From Candidatus Latescibacterota bacterium (lineage in GTDB: Bacteria; Latescibacterota; UBA2968): 64,000 nucleotides of DNA. The notes beneath the pieces are model-generated. The model did not search any database. It saw only the letters and a list, made by a program, of their open reading frames with translations, and was not told the origin of the DNA. The translations under genes and the position numbers were made by a program. The stretch is from positions 3,200,001 to 3,264,000 of the forward strand of contig OZ241986.1 in assembly GCA_965204375.1 (NCBI GenBank), in the 5' to 3' direction. This document shows, in pieces, positions 48,667 to 58,620 of this stretch (within the stretch, counting starts at the first letter, position 1; every line of letters starts with the position of its first letter).

Positions 48667-49398
48667 TTAGTCCCGTACATCTGCCACTTCGCGGTCTGTG
48701 ATAGCGTAATACAACCATCTGAACAGGCCAGATAAGGAAATGGCGAGTGCCATGGGAAAGAATACTTCATAAGTATAAAAAAACATAAGCACAATAACAC
48801 ATAGTAGAAAAATCAAGCGAACGCGATCGCGTCTGGTTTCAATAGATAACCTCGAAAATACACTGTATTCGATTGTACTGATCATGAGTAATGAGAGCAC
48901 AACGCACAGGGCAATGGCAATATGAGGCGCGTGGGTACTACTCTGCCACACCCGTTCTGTAAAAAGAATATATGCGGCCAGAGTACCCGCTGCCGTTGGA
49001 ATCGGGAGGCCGGAGAAATTCTCTTTATCAAATCCCTTTAATTGTGCGTTGAAACGCGCCAGCCTCAGCGCACCACACAGGAGAAACAAAAAACAAACGA
49101 CAAAAGGCAACCAGCGAATGACCAGCAAGGTATCGAGATAGTACAACATGAGCAGAGCCGGGGCCACGCCAAAAGAGCAGACATCGACAATGGAATCAAA
49201 TTGGACGCCAAAGTTGCTGGACGTATGGAAGTATCGCGCAATTTTTCCGTCGCACGCATCGAGAAGTCCCGCAATAACGATGAGAAGTGCTGCACCGATA
49301 AAACGCCCATTCACAGCGTAGTACATAGATAAAAAGCCACAAAACAAACTGCTAATGGTAAACAGGCTGGGCAGAGCTGCTTTGGCATTCATCGACAT
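48667..49398 (-). CDS. pssA: CDP-diacylglycerol--serine O-phosphatidyltransferase
   Basis: LPSLFT, DACDGKIAR...FGVQFDSIVDVCSFGVAP, LRLARFN, FSGLPIP. Confidence 0.92.
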   Translation of the reverse strand: MSMNAKAALPSLFTISSLFCGFLSMYYAVNGRFIGAALLIVIAGLLDACDGKIARYFHTSSNFGVQFDSIVDVCSFGVAPALLMLYYLDTLLVIRWLPFVVCFLFLLCGALRLARFNAQLKGFDKENFSGLPIPTAAGTLAAYILFTERVWQSSTHAPHIAIALCVVLSLLMISTIEYSVFSRLSIETRRDRVRLIFLLCVIVLMFFYTYEVFFPMALAISLSGLFRWLYYAITDREVADVRD

Positions 49399-49413
49399 GG
49401 CTCCAATCGGGAA

Positions 49414-50532
49414 TTACTCGTTGCGTGGGTCGGCTTCTAAGACAAGTTGGGTACCAAATACGTCCTCGCCACGCAAAATTTTGAGATTAAATGTATCGGC
49501 AACAGCCGCGTATCGAAAAGCATCTACGACATCATCAGCACTACTTGTATGTTTATCGTTGACCATCACAATCACATCGCCGGGCAGCAACCCGGCACTT
49601 TCGCCTGGGCTGAGGGGATCGACGACGGTGATCAAAGCACCTTTAATTGTCTGAACCCCAAGGGTGCGAGCAATGTGCGAGTTGATATTGTGAATGTCCA
49701 GCCCGGTCCAGAACTCGCGGCTACCCTGGTCAATGAGCTGGCAAGCCACCTGGATTGCGCGATCAATGGGCACTGCAAAACCGATGCCCAGCGATCCGCC
49801 CTGTGAAAAAATAAAAGAATTAACGCCAATAACTCGGCCGAGACTGTTCACCAGAGGACCGCCGCTGTTGCCCGGATTAATTGAAGCATCCGTTTGAATC
49901 ATACCTTTGTACGCGCGTTCGTTTTGCTCTGGGCGAACAATGCGATCTACTGCACTAATAACACCAACCGTAACGGTGGGGTTGAGATCTTCAAAGTGCA
50001 AGCCAAAAGGATTTCCAAGCGCGATTGCCCATTCGCCTATAATGACGCTTTCAGATGTCCCAATCTCGGGAACATAGAGGCTATCGGCATCGATCTGCAC
50101 AACTGCAAGGTCCCACTGGCGATCTATAAAAACGTCGAGAACATCAAAACCGCGCCCGTCGGGAAAAATTACAAAAATTTCTTTAGCACCATCGACAACA
50201 TGGCTGCTGGTCAGGATATAACCATCGGTCTGGATCACGAATCCCGAGCCGATTCCGGGAATGCGCTGCCTGTTGGACAAAGGTTCAAAGGGTTCAAAAA
50301 AGCGATCGGGATATCGGGGATAATCCCGATCGTAAACCGTATTGATACTAACGACGGCTGGCGCCACATTTTCAATCGCTCGAACAATGGCATTTCGGCG
50401 CGAAGTCTCAATACTTGTACTTACCGCGCTCGTGTTGGACGAAGACCGATTGAGCAGGGGAAATAGTGCCAGGCCAATGCACAGGCCCAATAGCAAAATC
50501 AGCAAGGGGTGCTTCACGGCACTCATCCTCAC
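49414..50532 (-). CDS. HtrA/DegP-like trypsin serine protease with one PDZ domain
   Basis: GSGFVI, TSSHVV, DLAV, GNPFG, IQTDASINPGNSGGPL. Confidence 0.93.
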   Translation of the reverse strand: MRMSAVKHPLLILLLGLCIGLALFPLLNRSSSNTSAVSTSIETSRRNAIVRAIENVAPAVVSINTVYDRDYPRYPDRFFEPFEPLSNRQRIPGIGSGFVIQTDGYILTSSHVVDGAKEIFVIFPDGRGFDVLDVFIDRQWDLAVVQIDADSLYVPEIGTSESVIIGEWAIALGNPFGLHFEDLNPTVTVGVISAVDRIVRPEQNERAYKGMIQTDASINPGNSGGPLVNSLGRVIGVNSFIFSQGGSLGIGFAVPIDRAIQVACQLIDQGSREFWTGLDIHNINSHIARTLGVQTIKGALITVVDPLSPGESAGLLPGDVIVMVNDKHTSSADDVVDAFRYAAVADTFNLKILRGEDVFGTQLVLEADPRNE

Positions 50533-51269
50533 GGAAGTTCATCGTCGTAAATCACCCTTTCGAGAAACAAACCCTGGGCAGGAGCGGATTCTCCGGCACT
50601 TTGGCGGTTGCGAGCACCGAGAATATCGTGCATAGATTCGGCTGGTCGCGCCCCTCGGCCCATTTCTACGAGGGTGCCAACGATGCTGCGCACCATTGCG
50701 CGTAAAAAGCGATCACCGGAAATATGAAATGTTAGCCCGTCACTCTGCCGTTGCCAATCGCAGGTATAGACCTGGCAGACTCGATTTTCTTTTTCATTGG
50801 CCGCCACGCAAAAGGACGTGAAATCGTGCCGACCAATGAGAACTTTGCTCGCCCGTTTTATCACATTCAGGTCGAGTTTGCGACGTATATACCACGCATA
50901 GTGCCGGCCGATGGGCTGTTTGTTATACCGGATGCGATAAAAATAATAGCGGCGCTGGGCATCGAAACGCGCGTGAAAGTCAAGACCGACATAATCGGCT
51001 CTTTTGACGGCAACATCGGGTGGTAACATGCCATTGAGCGCGTGCTGCAAGCGATCGAGCGGAATATCGCGCGAAGGCGTAAAATTGACGACCTGCCCGA
51101 GTGCGTGAACGCCCGCATCTGTGCGACCAGACGCCGTAACCGAGATCGATGCACCATAGAGTTGCTCAAGGCGTGCCTGAAGTTCGCCCTGGACCGTGCG
51201 CTGGTCGGGCTGAATTTGCCAGCCCTTAAAGTCGGTTCCATCGTATTCGAGCGTCAGGCGAATCTGCAT
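50529..51269 (-). CDS. truA: tRNA pseudouridine(38-40) synthase
   Basis: YDGTDFKGWQ, SGRTDAGVHA, FHARF, HDFTSF, FLRAMVR. Confidence 0.97.
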   Translation of the reverse strand: MQIRLTLEYDGTDFKGWQIQPDQRTVQGELQARLEQLYGASISVTASGRTDAGVHALGQVVNFTPSRDIPLDRLQHALNGMLPPDVAVKRADYVGLDFHARFDAQRRYYFYRIRYNKQPIGRHYAWYIRRKLDLNVIKRASKVLIGRHDFTSFCVAANEKENRVCQVYTCDWQRQSDGLTFHISGDRFLRAMVRSIVGTLVEMGRGARPAESMHDILGARNRQSAGESAPAQGLFLERVIYDDELP

Positions 51270-51510
51270 AATAACGGCCCGCACCAAACGCGAAGAGAGA
51301 ACGATCCCAACTTCCACAAAAAGCATACAGTAGAAACTCAGTTTCGAACAGTTTTGCAAATATACCATCTCACATGGTGAAAGTCAATGACGAAAAGGGA
51401 GAACATTTTTTTCAGACAAGTGAACAGTTTTTTCCCAAAATAGCTGAATGAGCACGCCATGAGAGATGGCACGAAAATTGCCACAATACGGGATCAAAAA
51501 AGGAAACAAC

Positions 51511-53883
51511 ATGAGACGACCCGCATTGTGGACTGCGCTGTACTTTGCTTTGGGAATCGGCTTACACAGGTATATTGGGGTGTTTCCAGTCCCCACCATG
51601 CTCTGTGCCTTTGCGGTTATTTGCATTTGTGGCGTGGGGCTGTGGAGAAACTGGAATAAGGGAAAGATGAGCATCCTTTTTGCGGGCCTTCTCATTTTGC
51701 TGGGTGCATTGAGAAGCGCGCAGAGCCTGGAACGCGCTGTAGATCACTTTGCCCAGTTCTTACCTGCAGACCGCACACTTGCCGAAGTCGAAGGATTGGT
51801 ATCATCGGACCCCGAAAACATCGATGGCGATTATCGCACCGTCTTTGACGTACTTCAAATCGTCTTCAAAGACACGGCACGCGCTGTAAGCGGCAGGGCG
51901 CTAATCAGGTTTAAGGCGGGTACTGCATTGCCCACCTACGGGGATCGAATGCAATTGCAGATACAGCTTTATCAACCGGATCCCCCGAGAAATCCAGGCG
52001 CATTTGATTACCGGGAATTCCTGAAGCGAAGGGGCATTGATGCTCTGGGCACGGTGCAAAAGCCTTTTCAGATTATTGCACAGCGACGCGAAAAAGACGA
52101 CTGGTGGGCGCAGATCGTATTACCCGTCAGAAATCTCATTCGCCAGGCAATTGAGCAGAATCTTTCCGGCGGGCCTGCTGGCCTCCTGAAAGGGGTGCTT
52201 TTGGGCGCAAAACACGCTGTGCCCGAAGAAGTCAAAACCGCATTTACGCAAACCGGCGTCAACCACGTCTTAGCGGTGTCTGGACTTCACGTGGGATTGA
52301 TTGCTGGAGCTATATTTTTCTCGCTAAAGATACTGGGAATCGGGCGGGCTATCACTGCCGCATTGACGATCTGCGCGCTGGTATTTTACGCGCTGATAAC
52401 CGGGTTGCCCCCTTCAGTCGTGCGCGCTTCGACAATGGGCTGTGTGGCACTTTTGGGCATAGTGGGACAACGCGATATAGACGGAGGAAACATCCTGGGC
52501 ATAGCGGGTTTGGGGCTGTTAATCGCTCGACCGCAGGATTTATTCGACGTGGGTTTTCAACTGTCATTTGTAGCCACGGGCGGCATTTTGATCTTTTATC
52601 GGCCATTGCGCGATCTGTTACCCCAAAAAAAGGGATGGTACGATACCTGTATCGCTGGACCGCTGGCTGTTTCTCTCGCCGCTCAAGCAACGACCCTTCC
52701 CTTTATTGTGGCATATTTTGGGCTGGTATCGGTCATTGGCCTGATTGCTAATTTAATTGTCGTACCGCTCATAGGCGTTGGCGTTGGACTGGGACTCCTG
52801 ACTGTATTGGCTTTCGCCTGTTGGGAACCCATAGCGACGGTATTAAACGCCGCGAATTGGCTCATTTTGAGCACGGCAATCAAATGTACAGAATTTATGG
52901 CCAAGCCAGAGTGGGCTGCCTTTGAAATAGCGCGTCCCTCCTGGGTTATCTTTGCTATTTATCTGGTCCTGCTTCCTCTGATTCACTCTACTGCCAGACG
53001 ACTTTGGGGTACTTATTGTCTCATAATCGCCCTTGTTCTGGCAAATATCGGGATTTGGAAAAATATCTGGCAAACAGAATCAGCCCTTGAAGTCTATTTT
53101 CTCGATGTCGGTCAGGGCGATGCCATTTTTTGCAAATACCCAAATGGGCTAACACTTCTGGTCGATGGTGGTATTCGCACGCAATATACCGACATGGGAG
53201 AGCGCGTGATTCTCCCATTTCTCAAAAGTCAGAGTATTGATCATATCGATGTCGTGGTTGGATCTCATCCACATGCCGATCATATTGGTGGCCTGATTTC
53301 CATTTTGGAACACCTATCGGTAGGTCATTATCTCGACGCGGGACAGCACGTCGATTCTTTTACGGGCAAACGGCTTCAAGAGGTCGTAAAGACAAAAGGT
53401 ATCAGATATCATACTGTGGCTGCGGGAGATAGTCTGGTGGGTATTGGCGGTCTGGTCCTCCATCCGACATCGGCTTATGTTTCCAACTCGGGACCGGCAC
53501 CTGATGGCGTGAATAATGGTTCGGTCGTCATTCGAATCGTCTATCGGGGAACATCGATATTGTTGACCGGAGACATAGAGCACGAGACAGATGGCGACCT
53601 GATGCGCTGGGACCATCGTCTGCGCTCAAGCATCCTCAAAGCAGCGCACCACGGCTCGCGCACTTCCTCGACGCCCGAATTTCTCGCGGGTGTCAATCCC
53701 AGCATTGTGGCCATATCGTGCGGAAAAAACAATAAGTTCCGACATCCTTCGCCAGAAGTTGTGCAGCGCTTTCACGAGATGGGGATACAAATTTGGAGAA
53801 CCGATCATTCGGGTGCAATCGCAGTGAGAATAGATCGTGGACACATCGATATCGTGCCGTGGATAAAGAATAATGAACCTTAG
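51511..53883 (+). CDS. comEC: ComEC/Rec2 DNA uptake protein with metallo-beta-lactamase domain
   Basis: RNPGAFDY, HVLAVSGLHVG, GFQLSF, FLDVGQGD, SHPHADHIGG, HHGS. Confidence 0.95.
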   Translation: MRRPALWTALYFALGIGLHRYIGVFPVPTMLCAFAVICICGVGLWRNWNKGKMSILFAGLLILLGALRSAQSLERAVDHFAQFLPADRTLAEVEGLVSSDPENIDGDYRTVFDVLQIVFKDTARAVSGRALIRFKAGTALPTYGDRMQLQIQLYQPDPPRNPGAFDYREFLKRRGIDALGTVQKPFQIIAQRREKDDWWAQIVLPVRNLIRQAIEQNLSGGPAGLLKGVLLGAKHAVPEEVKTAFTQTGVNHVLAVSGLHVGLIAGAIFFSLKILGIGRAITAALTICALVFYALITGLPPSVVRASTMGCVALLGIVGQRDIDGGNILGIAGLGLLIARPQDLFDVGFQLSFVATGGILIFYRPLRDLLPQKKGWYDTCIAGPLAVSLAAQATTLPFIVAYFGLVSVIGLIANLIVVPLIGVGVGLGLLTVLAFACWEPIATVLNAANWLILSTAIKCTEFMAKPEWAAFEIARPSWVIFAIYLVLLPLIHSTARRLWGTYCLIIALVLANIGIWKNIWQTESALEVYFLDVGQGDAIFCKYPNGLTLLVDGGIRTQYTDMGERVILPFLKSQSIDHIDVVVGSHPHADHIGGLISILEHLSVGHYLDAGQHVDSFTGKRLQEVVKTKGIRYHTVAAGDSLVGIGGLVLHPTSAYVSNSGPAPDGVNNGSVVIRIVYRGTSILLTGDIEHETDGDLMRWDHRLRSSILKAAHHGSRTSSTPEFLAGVNPSIVAISCGKNNKFRHPSPEVVQRFHEMGIQIWRTDHSGAIAVRIDRGHIDIVPWIKNNEP

Positions 53884-53905
53884 GCATTGTTGGGTAAAAA
53901 CAAAG

Positions 53906-53937
53906 AAAAAAAGCGATCCAAATAGGATCGCTTTTTT
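53906..53937. terminator. Bidirectional intrinsic terminator
   Basis: AAAAAAGCGATCC-aaata-GGATCGCTTTTTT. Confidence 0.85.
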
Positions 53938-53941
53938 GTAG

Positions 53942-54138
53942 AGGTGGATGAAGGGTTCTTTCCCATCAGCCTTCGCTGATTGGGGTGCACCAAAATAGGG
54001 ATGTGGTTTCTTCAGTATATCGGCCAGTACTATAGTATTATCTCCCCCGGTAATACCATAATTTGACCGTCAAAGGCCAACCCAAATTCCTCCTGGACCA
54101 ATTCAGGGCTGGAAGGTTAGAGCAACCTCCACCCACCT
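53942..54138 (-). ncRNA. ssrS: Probable 6S RNA (about 197-nt rod-shaped RNA)
   Basis: 13-bp closing stem AGGUGGGUGGAGG/CCUUCAUCCACCU, inner stems CAGCC/GGCUG and CUGAAUUGG/CCAAUCAG, central bubble, apical stem AUUAUGGUAUUA/UAAUACUAUAGU; G-U pairs work only on the minus strand; own promoter and terminator. Confidence 0.65.
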
Positions 54139-54208
54139 AAATAGAAATACCTGTAACCATATTAAAAATATAAAGATACAGAAAAAATTTCTTTTGAAGC
54201 ACGCATAG

Positions 54209-54237
54209 AATATATATAGTGAAAGTCCGCTCGTCAA
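54209..54237 (-). promoter_or_regulatory. Sigma70 promoter candidate for the putative 6S RNA
   Basis: Minus strand TTGACG-17 bp-TATATT. Confidence 0.55.
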
Positions 54238-54370
54238 CTACTAAATTGCCCTTTAATGTCGGTTTTTTTTGGGTGATTGAAATAAGGTCTTGAAACTTAA
54301 GGACATCGCCAACAAAAAAAATTTTACGGGGTTTTCCCGCACGGATATTCGGGCTGGATGTACGATCCCG

Positions 54371-55339
54371 CTATTTATGAGATTCTTCCCAAATCCCCAT
54401 TCGATTGAATTTTTCAACCCGCAATTTTGGAAGATTTTCAACGGGTATTTTGACAATCTCTGCAAGAGCATCTGAAACGGCTTTTTTGAGATTTTGCGCG
54501 GCCAACTCAAAGTTGCGATGTGCCCCCCCATAAGGCTCTGGCACAATGCTATCAATGACACCGAGGTCCAGGAGATCTTCAGCCGAGATTTTCATGGCTT
54601 CTGCGGCTTCTGTGCGTTTGTCGCGGTTGCGCCAGAGAATGAGTGAACAGGATTCGGGATTGATCACAGAGTACCAGGCATTTTCGAGCATGAGGATTTG
54701 GTCACCCACCCCAATGCCGAGTGCTCCCCCACTCGCGCCCTCACCGATAATAGCAACGACAACAGGAACGGGCAACCGTGCCATCTCAAAAAGGTTGCGA
54801 GCAATGGCTTCTGATATGCTTCGCTGTTCCGAAGCCAGTCCTGGAAACGCGCCTGGCGTATCGACCATACAAAGCACGGGCCGGCCAAATTTGGCAGCCA
54901 ATTGCATCAACCTCAGGGCTTTGCGATAACCTTCCGGATGTGGAAGGCCAAAATTGCGCTTGAGATTCTCGCTTGTATTGCGCCCTTTTTGTTGCCCGAT
55001 AACGACGATGGGTTGGCCTTCAAAATACGCCAACCCCCCGATAATCGCCTGATCATTCCCACTACAGCGATCGCCGTGCAATTCGATAAAATCAGAAGTT
55101 ATGCGGTCGATATAGTCCAGCGAATAAGGACGCTGAGGGTGGCGCGATAGCTGATACTTTTGCCACCGCGTGAGATTGCGAAAAATCTCGCGTTCGAGTT
55201 TCGCGCGGCGTTTCTCGAGAACTTCAATTGCGTCAGTCACATCCAGACCTTCCGCTTTGGCCCGTTCCCGAAGCGCGGCGATTTTCTCCTCCAACTCGGC
55301 CAGTGGCTGTTCAAAATCGAGATAAGATCGGTCGCTCAT
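54371..55339 (-). CDS. accA: Acetyl-CoA carboxylase carboxyltransferase alpha subunit
   Basis: YLDFEQP, RHPQRP, ELHGDR, PEGYRKALRLM, DTPGA, GEGASGGALG. Confidence 0.97.
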   Translation of the reverse strand: MSDRSYLDFEQPLAELEEKIAALRERAKAEGLDVTDAIEVLEKRRAKLEREIFRNLTRWQKYQLSRHPQRPYSLDYIDRITSDFIELHGDRCSGNDQAIIGGLAYFEGQPIVVIGQQKGRNTSENLKRNFGLPHPEGYRKALRLMQLAAKFGRPVLCMVDTPGAFPGLASEQRSISEAIARNLFEMARLPVPVVVAIIGEGASGGALGIGVGDQILMLENAWYSVINPESCSLILWRNRDKRTEAAEAMKISAEDLLDLGVIDSIVPEPYGGAHRNFELAAQNLKKAVSDALAEIVKIPVENLPKLRVEKFNRMGIWEESHK

Positions 55340-55360
55340 GAATGATCGTCCTTTCAAAGA

Positions 55361-55487
55361 AGACGAATAGACGAATAGACGAACCCCGCCCAACCACCCA
55401 AAATCACTACGAGCTTCGATTCGTTGATGAACTGGCCTGAGAGGCGGCCAGTTGTACACCGTTTCGTTGATTCGTTGATTCGCTGAT
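55361..55487. repeat. Mosaic intergenic repeat sharing two modules with 22817-22887
   Basis: AGACGAAT tandem + CCCCGCCCAACCACCCAAAAT; AACTGGCC/GGCCAGTT hairpin; TTCGTTGA tandem. Confidence 0.85.
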
Positions 55488-55489
55488 TC

Positions 55490-56692
55490 TCATAAAAGTG
55501 CGGTCAAAGCCGCTTCAATGCGATCCATGCCCCGGGCAATTTGCTCGGGTGACGCGGCATAGGAAAACCGCAGATACCCCGGCGCGCCAAAACCCGTACC
55601 GGGAACGCAGGCGACACGCGCTTCTTCAAGCAGAAAATTGCAAAGTGCAACATCGCTGTCAATGCGCCCGCAAGACGACGACTTGCCAATATATTTAGAG
55701 ATATCGGGAAAAACATAAAACGCGCCCTGGGGCATATTGCAAGACACGCCCGGCATCTGATTGAGACGAGAAACGATTTGATTGCGTCGTTTAACATAAG
55801 CTTTTCGCATCACTTCGACACAATCTTGAGGGCCTGTAAGTGCTTCGATCGCGGCGTATTGGGAAATCGAGCACGTATTTGTAGTCTCCTGAGTCTGGAC
55901 TTTAATCATCAGATCGATCAAATTCTGGGGACCTGCGCCATACCCCACGCGCCATCCGGTCATCGCATAGGATTTTGATACGCCATTAACCGTCAGCGTT
56001 TTATCTGCCAACTCGGGCAACAAAGCCGCAATAGACACATGCTCTGCCTCTTCGTAGAGGAGCTTTTCGTAGATTTCATCGGCAATCACATAAATATTAG
56101 CACCCGCAATCACATCGGCCAGTGCATTCAGATTTTCACGGGTATAAACACTTCCCGTCGGATTGCAGGGACTATTTAAAAGCACAAATTTTGTTCGTGG
56201 AGTAATAGCATCCTGGAGTTGTCGCGCCGTCATGCAAAAATCCGAGTCTTGCGTAGTCGGCACAATGATCGGATTGCCACCCATTAAGCGCACCTGATCG
56301 GCATAGCTCGTCCAATAAGGAGCGGGAATAACGGCTTCGTCCCCCTCCTCTATTAAAACAATAATGGCGTCAAAGATGGTTTGTTTTGCCCCACACGTCA
56401 CGATAATTTGTGAGGGGTCATAATACAAATTATTGTCGCGCTCAAATTTGTCACATATCGCGAGTTTGAGTTCGGGAATACCCGACGCGGGATTGGTATA
56501 TCGCGTATGGCCCGCATTAATAGCCCGAATCGCAGCATCTCTTATATGTTCAGGGGTCTCAAAATCGGGTTCACCCGCAACGAGAGAAATGAGATCAACG
56601 CCCTGTCGTTTCAGTTCTCCTGCCCTGGCAAAAGCCGAAACCGTCGCAGAAGCCTGGATATTGAGAACGCGCTGTGTAAAAGGAGATTTCAT
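55490..56692 (-). CDS. Aspartate aminotransferase (class I PLP)
   Basis: AGEPDFETP, NSPCNPTG, DEIYE, NGVSKSYAMTGWRVG. Confidence 0.93.
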   Translation of the reverse strand: MKSPFTQRVLNIQASATVSAFARAGELKRQGVDLISLVAGEPDFETPEHIRDAAIRAINAGHTRYTNPASGIPELKLAICDKFERDNNLYYDPSQIIVTCGAKQTIFDAIIVLIEEGDEAVIPAPYWTSYADQVRLMGGNPIIVPTTQDSDFCMTARQLQDAITPRTKFVLLNSPCNPTGSVYTRENLNALADVIAGANIYVIADEIYEKLLYEEAEHVSIAALLPELADKTLTVNGVSKSYAMTGWRVGYGAGPQNLIDLMIKVQTQETTNTCSISQYAAIEALTGPQDCVEVMRKAYVKRRNQIVSRLNQMPGVSCNMPQGAFYVFPDISKYIGKSSSCGRIDSDVALCNFLLEEARVACVPGTGFGAPGYLRFSYAASPEQIARGMDRIEAALTALL

Positions 56693-56702
56693 TTGAAGTG
56701 TG

Positions 56703-56736
56703 ATCCGCAGATGAACGCAGATAAACGCAGATAAAA
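56703..56736 (+). repeat. 10-bp tandem repeat, same family as 16333-16412
   Basis: atccgcag atgaacgcag ataaacgcag ataaaa. Confidence 0.8.
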
Positions 56737-56809
56737 AAGAAGGGCTGTGAAGTGTAATAAAGCACCCGCCCAGGGGTGATGTTGGGTGGGGTATTCTTAA
56801 TTCGTAATT

Positions 56810-58018
56810 CTATGTCGTGTACTCCGCATTTATGCGGACGTAGTCATAAGTCAAATCACAGGTATAAATGGTAGCCGATGCCTCGCCGATATTCAAATTG
56901 ATGTCGATATCTATATCGGAAGCACCCAGAGCTTCGATAGCGTGGTCCTGGTCAAAAGGAAGACCACTACCATTATCATAAATGGGGATGCCAGCCATTG
57001 AAACGGCTGTGCGATCGGGATCAATAGCAACACCGGCATAACCCGCTGCGCACAAAATTCGCCCCCAGTTGGGATCGCGCCCAAAAACAGCGGTCTTAAC
57101 GAGATTCGAGTTGGCGACAGACAGCCCCACAGTGCGTGCATCGGCTGCTGTGGGCGCGCCATCAACGCGAACCGTGATAAGTTTGGTCGCACCTTCGCCA
57201 TCGCGTGCAATTTGTTTGGCCAGACTAATACAGACTGCATTGAGCGCAGCCTGGAAGACCCGAAGGTCTTCGCCCGAAAGTTCGCTCTTCCTCGCCGCGC
57301 CATTTGCCAGAGCCAGAACCGTATCATTGGTACTCATATCGCCGTCAACAGTAATACAATTGAAAGATTGTGTTACAGCTTCACAAAGCGCGTTTTGGAG
57401 CACCTCAGGGGAAATATCTGCATCTGTAAGCACAAAAGCGAGCATAGTCGCCATATTTGGTGCAATCATACCCGCGCCCTTGGCTATCCCCGCAATGGTA
57501 ATTTCGCACCCATCTATTTCACATCTCACAGATGCTTTTTTGGGCACAGTATCAGTCGTCATAATCCCCTCTGCGGCATCGTCCCATCCCTCAACACTGA
57601 GTTGAGGAATGATATTTCGGATACCCGCTTCAAGGCACGCCATTGGCAAAGGCACACCAATGACCCCCGTCGAATTGACCAGCGCATCTTCTGGTGCAAC
57701 ATCCAACCCACTGCCCACCCATTGCGCCATCTGGCGCGCATCGGCCATGCCCTGATCTCCGGTACACGCATTGGCATTTTTGCTATTGATCACAATGGCT
57801 CGCGCCCGTCCATTTTGCAAATGTTCCCTATTGAGATGCACGGGTGCTGCACACACGCGATTTGTCGTAAACATCCCCGCTGCCGAAGCCGCTCGATCAG
57901 AGACAATAAGCGCGAGATCTTTGTCATCCCCTTCTTTGAGACCACAATGAAGCCCCGCGGCCACATAACCTTTCGGAGGATAGATGGTATTTTCTATAAT
58001 GTTCACAAAACACCTCAA
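56810..58018 (-). CDS. argJ: Glutamate N-acetyltransferase/amino-acid acetyltransferase; start uncertain
   Basis: NANACTG, STGVIG, IMTTDT, KGAGMIAPNMATML, DGDMSTND, RDGEGATK, DPNWGR, INAEYTT. Confidence 0.97.
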   Translation of the reverse strand: MRCFVNIIENTIYPPKGYVAAGLHCGLKEGDDKDLALIVSDRAASAAGMFTTNRVCAAPVHLNREHLQNGRARAIVINSKNANACTGDQGMADARQMAQWVGSGLDVAPEDALVNSTGVIGVPLPMACLEAGIRNIIPQLSVEGWDDAAEGIMTTDTVPKKASVRCEIDGCEITIAGIAKGAGMIAPNMATMLAFVLTDADISPEVLQNALCEAVTQSFNCITVDGDMSTNDTVLALANGAARKSELSGEDLRVFQAALNAVCISLAKQIARDGEGATKLITVRVDGAPTAADARTVGLSVANSNLVKTAVFGRDPNWGRILCAAGYAGVAIDPDRTAVSMAGIPIYDNGSGLPFDQDHAIEALGASDIDIDINLNIGEASATIYTCDLTYDYVRINAEYTT

Positions 58019-58051
58019 TTGTAATAATTCGGAATGTCTGTCTCTCTAATC

Positions 58052-58620
58052 TCAGTACCCAGGTACGCCGGTCTTATCGCCAATCCAATCAATCATGTCA
58101 CGGAATGCCGGACACTGTTTCGCTATCTCTCGCAAGTCTGCATTTCTGAGAATGGCATTGCTATCCGAATTTTCAAGATAGGCTCGCTTAAGATGCCGCA
58201 GAAAGAGTTCCTCAACAATTTTCTTTGGGGGCCTGTTTTGGTTTTGATCCTCAGGAGGCCGCCGCCAACCGCTGGGCCTGTTCCGCATCTTAAGTCGGGA
58301 TTGAAGTTGACTCGTCGCAGCGAGGAGAAGCACTTCCAAATCGTATTTCAACGCACTGGCATAAAAACGCGCCATGTGGCTATCAACGTCAGCCCTTCTG
58401 ACCTGCTGTTGTAAATTCTGTTTTACGAGTTGCGTTTGCACATCTTGAAGTTGTTTCAAATTGTCGTGTTTGTAGTCCGTATTCGCGTATTCTCGATTAG
58501 GGTAGAGATCCGGTAATCCCACAGCCAGATCGCTTGTATCATACAACAACTTCCTGATCACTCGGGGGCCAATATTTCTGAAATAGTTGGACTTGTTTCC
58601 AAGAGATATTAGCTGAATGC
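58052..58620 (-). pseudogene. DUF4276-like protein, apparently 5'-truncated
   Basis: Frame reads IQLISLGNKSNYFRNIGPRVIRKLL...GLPDLYP...YDLEVLLLA...PEDQN...PPK with no proper start; runs back into the ATPase 3' end. Confidence 0.65.
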
